Source: Peptococcaceae bacterium UBA5757
GTDB taxonomy: Bacteria > Bacillota > Dehalobacteriia > UBA4068
Assembly (NCBI GenBank): GCA_002418965.1
Contig: DIFD01000022.1
Location: 142,070-206,069, forward strand
Reading direction: 5' to 3'
Length of the DNA stretch: 64,000 bases
The translations under genes were made by a program, and so were the position numbers. The number at the start of each line of letters is the position of its first letter. The first letter of the stretch is position 1. A model generated the notes under the pieces. It had not been told where the DNA came from. It was given only the letters and a program-made list of their open reading frames with translations, and did no database searches. This document shows, piece after piece, positions 59,675-64,000 of this stretch.

Positions 59675-59716
59675 CGTTTCCGTTTCCGTTTCCGTTTCCG
59701 TTTCCGTTTCCGTTTT
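59675..59716. repeat. hexanucleotide microsatellite (CGTTTC)6 plus one degenerate unit [(GGAAAC)n on the coding strand] in the yabA-yabB intercistronic region
   Basis: cgtttc x6 perfect (59675-59710) followed by cgtttt. On the minus strand it reads (GGAAAC)7-GGGGAGGGAAAACUUUGG-AUG(yabB). Confidence 0.9.
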
Positions 59717-59725
59717 CTTTTGCTT

Positions 59726-60016
59726 CTATTTTACTTTGTCAGTACGGATACCTTCGGACAACAAAAAAGATAAGCAAAACAAACATTCTTCGTCTCGGGC
59801 TTGGGCAAAATGGGCATGACAAATATGAAAGCCTTCGTTATATAATTCCGTCAAGGCTTCCATGCTGCCGCTCTTTACCGTTTCGCTATTAAAACGCGCT
59901 TGCAAAAGAGCGTTTTGTTTTTCCATTTCCGATACTTTTTTTCTTAAAGAATTCAATTCGGACATCAACACGGCGAATTTTTCTTCCCATTCCAAAAAGT
60001 CCTGACTTAAGGTCAT
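59726..60016 (-). CDS. yabA: DNA replication initiation control protein YabA
   Basis: 96 aa. N-terminal coiled coil, C-terminal Zn-binding HxxH...CxxC (HICHAHF...CLFC). Confidence 0.85.
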   Translation of the reverse strand: MTLSQDFLEWEEKFAVLMSELNSLRKKVSEMEKQNALLQARFNSETVKSGSMEALTELYNEGFHICHAHFAQARDEECLFCLSFLLSEGIRTDKVK

Positions 60017-60037
60017 TTTGCTTCACCTTTGCTTTTC

Positions 60038-61099
60038 TTAAACCTTGCTTTTATAATCGCAATCCCCGTTTAATTTTTTTAAAGTTTCTTCTACAGATTC
60101 CTCCATGGGATCATCCACAATCACTTTAACGAGATCATCATCGACGATTACTTTCTGGTCAGGAGGACAACTCTTTTTCTTAGCGCCGTTATCATCATAA
60201 CTTTCATATTTTAAGCAGCACATCAACCGCCCGCAAACACCGGAAATTTTGGTTGGATTTAAAGATAAATTTTGCTGTTTGGCCATACGAATGGAAACAG
60301 GCTGAAAATCGTCTAAGACGGAATGACAACATAAAACACGTCCGCAGGAACCAATGCCACCGATAATCTTTGCTTCATCCCGTACACCGATTTGACGCAT
60401 TTCAATGCGCGTACGGAAAACAGAGGCCAGATCCTTAACCAATTCGCGAAAGTCGATACGGCCTTCCGCCGTAAAATAAAAAATGATCTTGCCCACATCA
60501 AACGTATAGGAAACTTCGATTAATTTGATGGGTAAATTATGCTGCGCGATCTTTACTACGCAGATGCGGAAAGCTTCTTTTTCTGCCTTGATATTCTCTT
60601 CATGTTTTTTTATATCATCTTGGGTTGCTTTACGAATGACATCCTTTAAAGGACTGACCAAATCGCTTTCCGATATTTTTTTTAAGGGAATAACGACTCT
60701 CCCGAACTCTAAGCCTCTAACCGTTTCTACTATTACAGAATCACCCACGTTCAAAGCCAATCCGTCCGGGCCAAAATAATAAATCTTCCCGGCCATTTTA
60801 AAGCGAACGCCTACAATATCGACCATCTTAGCGGGATCATGGTCTGTTGCTTGCACTTTATCGGATATTATAGCTTCCCCCATTGGTACACAAGCATCGC
60901 AAACACAGGCGCAATCCGCTGGCTCTTCTGAACAAACCGTGCCGGTTGCCGCGTTGTTTTGGTCTTTTTCTACAGGGGTTTTTACACAGGTTTCAGAACT
61001 GTTTTCTTTTATTGTATCCGCATTCTCTGTTTCATTCGCTAAAACAGAATATGATTTTTCCGTATCGTTTCGATCCATATATTTTTGAACCTCCTTCAT
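60038..61099 (-). CDS. ricT: RicT/YaaT (PSP1 C-terminal domain, stage 0 sporulation protein) with ~85-aa Cys-rich N-terminal extension
   Basis: PSP1 domain (VVGVRFKMAGKIYYF...GSCGRVLCC...CGRLMCCLKYE). Likely start M8 (61078), preceded by AAGGAGG. The extension contains C-x6-C-x-C-x-C-x2-C. Confidence 0.8.
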   Translation of the reverse strand: MKEVQKYMDRNDTEKSYSVLANETENADTIKENSSETCVKTPVEKDQNNAATGTVCSEEPADCACVCDACVPMGEAIISDKVQATDHDPAKMVDIVGVRFKMAGKIYYFGPDGLALNVGDSVIVETVRGLEFGRVVIPLKKISESDLVSPLKDVIRKATQDDIKKHEENIKAEKEAFRICVVKIAQHNLPIKLIEVSYTFDVGKIIFYFTAEGRIDFRELVKDLASVFRTRIEMRQIGVRDEAKIIGGIGSCGRVLCCHSVLDDFQPVSIRMAKQQNLSLNPTKISGVCGRLMCCLKYESYDDNGAKKKSCPPDQKVIVDDDLVKVIVDDPMEESVEETLKKLNGDCDYKSKV

Positions 61100-61172
61100 A
61101 TGAAAAAAGGCTTATTAACCCTTATTTTTCTATTGTACCCGAAAGATTGTATGAACACAAGTTATTGTTTAC

Positions 61173-62006
61173 TCACTTGATCTGGGAAAACCGCCAAAGA
61201 CGCAAAAATAAAACATCCAACAATAACCTTTGATTGATATTGCGTCTTAAAAGCTCGACAGCCCGTTCTGTCAACAAGGCGGCCTTGAGATTGTTTTGCG
61301 GCCCGAAGGGAAAAGTGCAGCTTTCGGCCAAAAGATTACGAAACACGCGTAACAGGGCGGCAAGATAATGTAGGAGCCCATCTTTGTCTTTCTCCCAAAC
61401 AAGCGCTTGATTCATCACCTGAGCGCAGGTCATTTGGGGAAGATCACGCAAAAACTGTTCCGCCCCCAGCATCTGCTGTCTCACTTGCTCTTCATTGAGA
61501 ATAAACGGCAAGTCGCTGCCAAAATGGAATTGCTGGCAGCGGGAGAGGATCGTAGGCAGAATCTTATCCGTATGATGCACGCAAAGAATAAAAAGAATAC
61601 GTTCCGGCGGTTCCTCTAAAATTTTCAACAAGCTGTTGGCCGTCGTATCCTTCATCAGTTCAGCATCCCGGATAATAAAAACCTTATCATTGCCGTAATT
61701 TTGATAGAGATGGGCCTGCGATTGCATGGAACGTACAGCTTCCACGCGCACAAACCCTCTTTCCGGTTCAACCACCTGCAACAAATCCGGATTTAAAGCG
61801 GCAACACGTCGGCAGGCCTCACAATCGCCACAGGGATAACCGTCATCGGTATTGAGGCAATTCACAGCCATAGCAAACAAAACAGCTTGCTCAAAAGAAG
61901 CATCGCCACTAAATAAATAAGCATGCCCCACCTGATGCTTTGCTACCGATTGTGCCAAGGCTTTATCCAAAACTTTGTCCCGGTCATTATCTTTTGCATG
62001 GGCCAT
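61173..62006 (-). CDS. holB: DNA polymerase III delta' subunit
   Basis: 277 aa. HAYLFSG motif, zinc-module CGDCEACRR, AAA+-like delta' fold with a degenerate P-loop. Confidence 0.8.
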   Translation of the reverse strand: MAHAKDNDRDKVLDKALAQSVAKHQVGHAYLFSGDASFEQAVLFAMAVNCLNTDDGYPCGDCEACRRVAALNPDLLQVVEPERGFVRVEAVRSMQSQAHLYQNYGNDKVFIIRDAELMKDTTANSLLKILEEPPERILFILCVHHTDKILPTILSRCQQFHFGSDLPFILNEEQVRQQMLGAEQFLRDLPQMTCAQVMNQALVWEKDKDGLLHYLAALLRVFRNLLAESCTFPFGPQNNLKAALLTERAVELLRRNINQRLLLDVLFLRLWRFSQIK

Positions 62007-62029
62007 GATCGCATGTTCTCCTTTATTTC

Positions 62030-62695
62030 TTACAGGTTATATTGGGCTAAGTATTGCTCCATGATTGGTTGGATCAGGATAAAAACTTCTTCCGGGTTGC
62101 CTGCGCCGTCAATGGCATGGATCCGTTTGGGATACTGATTTGCCAATTTTTCATAGGCTGCCGCCACATCTTCATGGAATTTTAGGTCTTCCCGTTCCAT
62201 TCTGTCCGTTTGCCTACCGCGTCTCTTTAAAGCCAATTGCATGGGCACCCTCAGGTAAAAGGTCAAATCGGGAACCATATCCCCCACCGCAAAATCATTG
62301 AGCGCTGCCAAAAACTTAAGGTTGATCTTGCGTCCTCCTCCCTGGTAGGCGAACGTGGAATCAATATAACGATCGCAAACAACAAAAGTACCACTTTCAA
62401 TAGCCGGAGCAATCACATTGAGTACATGCTGCGCACGGTCGGCGGCAAACATCAACAATTCGGCCTTATCCCCTAAGGTCTCACCGCTGGCGGTAAAATC
62501 ATCTTGCAGGAGCAATTGGCGTAAGCGTTTGCCAAGTTCGCTACCGCCCGGCTCAAATGTATGCAAGACGGAATAATTTTGTGCTTTCAACCACTGCACA
62601 AGCATTTTGCTTAAGGTACTTTTTCCGCAACCGTCAATCCCCTCAAAGGTGATCAACAGACCTCTTTTCTGATTTGTCATACCCTTCCCGTCCAA
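62030..62695 (-). CDS. tmk: thymidylate kinase
   Basis: 221 aa. P-loop FEGIDGCGKST, DRY motif. Confidence 0.95.
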   Translation of the reverse strand: MDGKGMTNQKRGLLITFEGIDGCGKSTLSKMLVQWLKAQNYSVLHTFEPGGSELGKRLRQLLLQDDFTASGETLGDKAELLMFAADRAQHVLNVIAPAIESGTFVVCDRYIDSTFAYQGGGRKINLKFLAALNDFAVGDMVPDLTFYLRVPMQLALKRRGRQTDRMEREDLKFHEDVAAAYEKLANQYPKRIHAIDGAGNPEEVFILIQPIMEQYLAQYNL

Positions 62696-63010
62696 TCTTT
62701 TTTCTTTTTTTTATCATTCCTGTAATTTCTATTGCAGCATAGCTAGAAACCAAATTGTCTACAGTCACTATCGCGTTAGGCTGGGCTTTACTGCTACTCA
62801 TAAAAGATACGGGTTATTTACAATTTTAGGAGTATGGTATGTGGATATTATACCACGGATCGATGGCAAACCCCCAGGTATTGCAAAGATAAAGCGTTTC
62901 AAATTACCGTGTAATACACACAATACACTAAAGACGTGACATCACAACATGTAGCACTTAAAAACCTTGCTCTTGAATATCTGTCCTTATTATATCAAAA
63001 ATGAGGACAA

Positions 63011-63050
63011 ACAAAAAGTATCGGCTTATTAAATTAAAAAGCCGATACTC
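63011..63050 (-). terminator. rho-independent terminator of lysA
   Basis: Minus strand: agtatcggctt-tttaatttaat-aagccgatact-ttttg. Confidence 0.65.
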
Positions 63051-63062
63051 TTGATTATCTTT

Positions 63063-64000
63063 TTAAAGATCGGTAAAATTCAGTGTGGCAAAGAGGTCTT
63101 CTATAGTCTCGGCTCTGCGAATCAACTGCACCGTACCGTCCTCTTTCCATAATAGTTCTTTAGATCGAAGCTTACCGTTATAATTGAACCCCATCGCATG
63201 TCCATGCGCACCGCTGTCATGAATCACCAACAGGTCTCCAATTGTTATCTTGGGCAAGGCGCGATCCACTGCAAATTTATCATTGTTTTCACATAGAGAA
63301 CCCGTCACATCATAGATATGGTCGCAGGGTTGGTCTTCTTTGTCTACGACAGTAATATAATGATACGCTCCGTATAGGGCCGGACGCATCAAATCTGCCA
63401 TGCAAGCATCCAGACCGATATAATTCTTATAGATGTTTTTTTCATGCAAAACTGTAGCAACCAAATAGCCGTAAGGACCTGTAACCATACGTCCGCTTTC
63501 CAAACAAATCTTTGTTTGCCCCAAACCTGCCGGAACCAAAATACGCTCAAAAGCCGCCTTGACCCCTTGCCCAAAAGTTTCCAGGTCAACGGGATCGTCT
63601 TCCGGCTTATAAGGAATGCCGATTCCGCCACCCAGATTGATAAACGATACGGACACGCCTAAACGTTTTTTTACATCTACAGCCAGATCAAACATCATTT
63701 CGGCTGTACCGATCAAAAATTCTACATTCAGTTCGTTGGAAACGACCATTGTATGCAGACCAAATGTTTCCACACCCATTTGCTTGCATCTTTCTATCCC
63801 CTGGAAGATTTGCTCTCTGGTAAAACCATATTTTGCTTCTTCCGGATAGCCAATAATAGCGTTTCCACCTTGCCTCAGCGGACCGGGATTATACCGCAAC
63901 GAAATGGTCTTGGGCATACCGGCTGCCTGGGCCAAAAAATCGATGTGGTTGAAGTCGTCTAAGTTGATGATAGCACGAAGCTCTTTGGCTTTGACAAACT
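63063..64000 (-). CDS. lysA: diaminopimelate decarboxylase (C-terminal ~310 codons; gene continues past the window end)
   Basis: PLP-dependent Orn/DAP decarboxylase C-terminal domain (...EPGRMVTGPYGYLV..., ...CESGD...). Minus frame remains open to position 64000. Confidence 0.88.
   Translation of the reverse strand, partial: FVKAKELRAIINLDDFNHIDFLAQAAGMPKTISLRYNPGPLRQGGNAIIGYPEEAKYGFTREQIFQGIERCKQMGVETFGLHTMVVSNELNVEFLIGTAEMMFDLAVDVKKRLGVSVSFINLGGGIGIPYKPEDDPVDLETFGQGVKAAFERILVPAGLGQTKICLESGRMVTGPYGYLVATVLHEKNIYKNYIGLDACMADLMRPALYGAYHYITVVDKEDQPCDHIYDVTGSLCENNDKFAVDRALPKITIGDLLVIHDSGAHGHAMGFNYNGKLRSKELLWKEDGTVQLIRRAETIEDLFATLNFTDL

Noticed and set aside
59593-59892. 99-aa plus-strand ORF containing a (PF)7 repeat
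   Set aside because: The PF repeat is simply the translation of the CGTTTC microsatellite. The ORF is antisense to yabA/yabB.

Overview
The window is a 64-kb stretch of a low/moderate-GC, endospore-forming Firmicutes chromosome (Bacilli/Clostridia-like). It is almost entirely conserved housekeeping content, and about 90% of genes are on the minus strand. Gene order is a compressed version of several Bacillus subtilis neighbourhoods that lie far apart in that reference: glyS-glyQ-recO-era-cdd-dgkA-ybeY-pgpH(yqfF)-phoH-yqfD-yqfC-(yqfB position)-floA-nfeD(yqeZ); rny-recX-recA; proS-ispG-rseP-dxr-ytvI-like-cdsA-uppS-ferredoxin-frr-pyrH-tsf-rpsB; hslU-hslV-xerC-trmFO-topA-dprA; ddl-murF; comM; ispA-xseB; lgt; xth-rmuC; ksgA-yabE-tatD-metG-rsmI-yabB-yabA-ricT(yaaT)-holB-tmk-lysA. 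There are no rRNA/tRNA genes, CRISPR arrays, transposases, prophage or obvious defence genes. The most unusual signal is non-coding: two homologous, exactly 270-nt, multi-hairpin elements (10234-10503 and 55753-56022) sharing compensatory base changes. Each is wedged between an upstream gene and the Shine-Dalgarno of the next minus-strand operon (yqfC operon; tatD operon). I could not assign them to any known riboswitch or ncRNA consensus. Other points worth a second look: a hairpin-dense ~280-nt intergenic block with promoter- and terminator-like signals for a ~150-nt plus-strand sRNA (13.7-14.0 kb); a (CGTTTC)6-7 hexanucleotide microsatellite sitting on the yabB ribosome-binding region; a small plus-strand accessory patch (DUF2156 aminoacyl-transferase-like + Eis-like GNAT; C_GCAxxG_C_C protein + azoreductase-like flavoprotein; a sharply AT-rich small membrane-protein ORF); a MurF whose N-terminal domain is replaced by a ~170-aa multi-TM domain; a 2[4Fe-4S] ferredoxin gene broken by a +1 frameshift in a C-homopolymer; and several synteny gaps relative to B. 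subtilis (no codY or flagellar operon after hslU, xseB without xseA, no abrB). All coordinates and calls are from reading the sequence by eye; no database search was possible.
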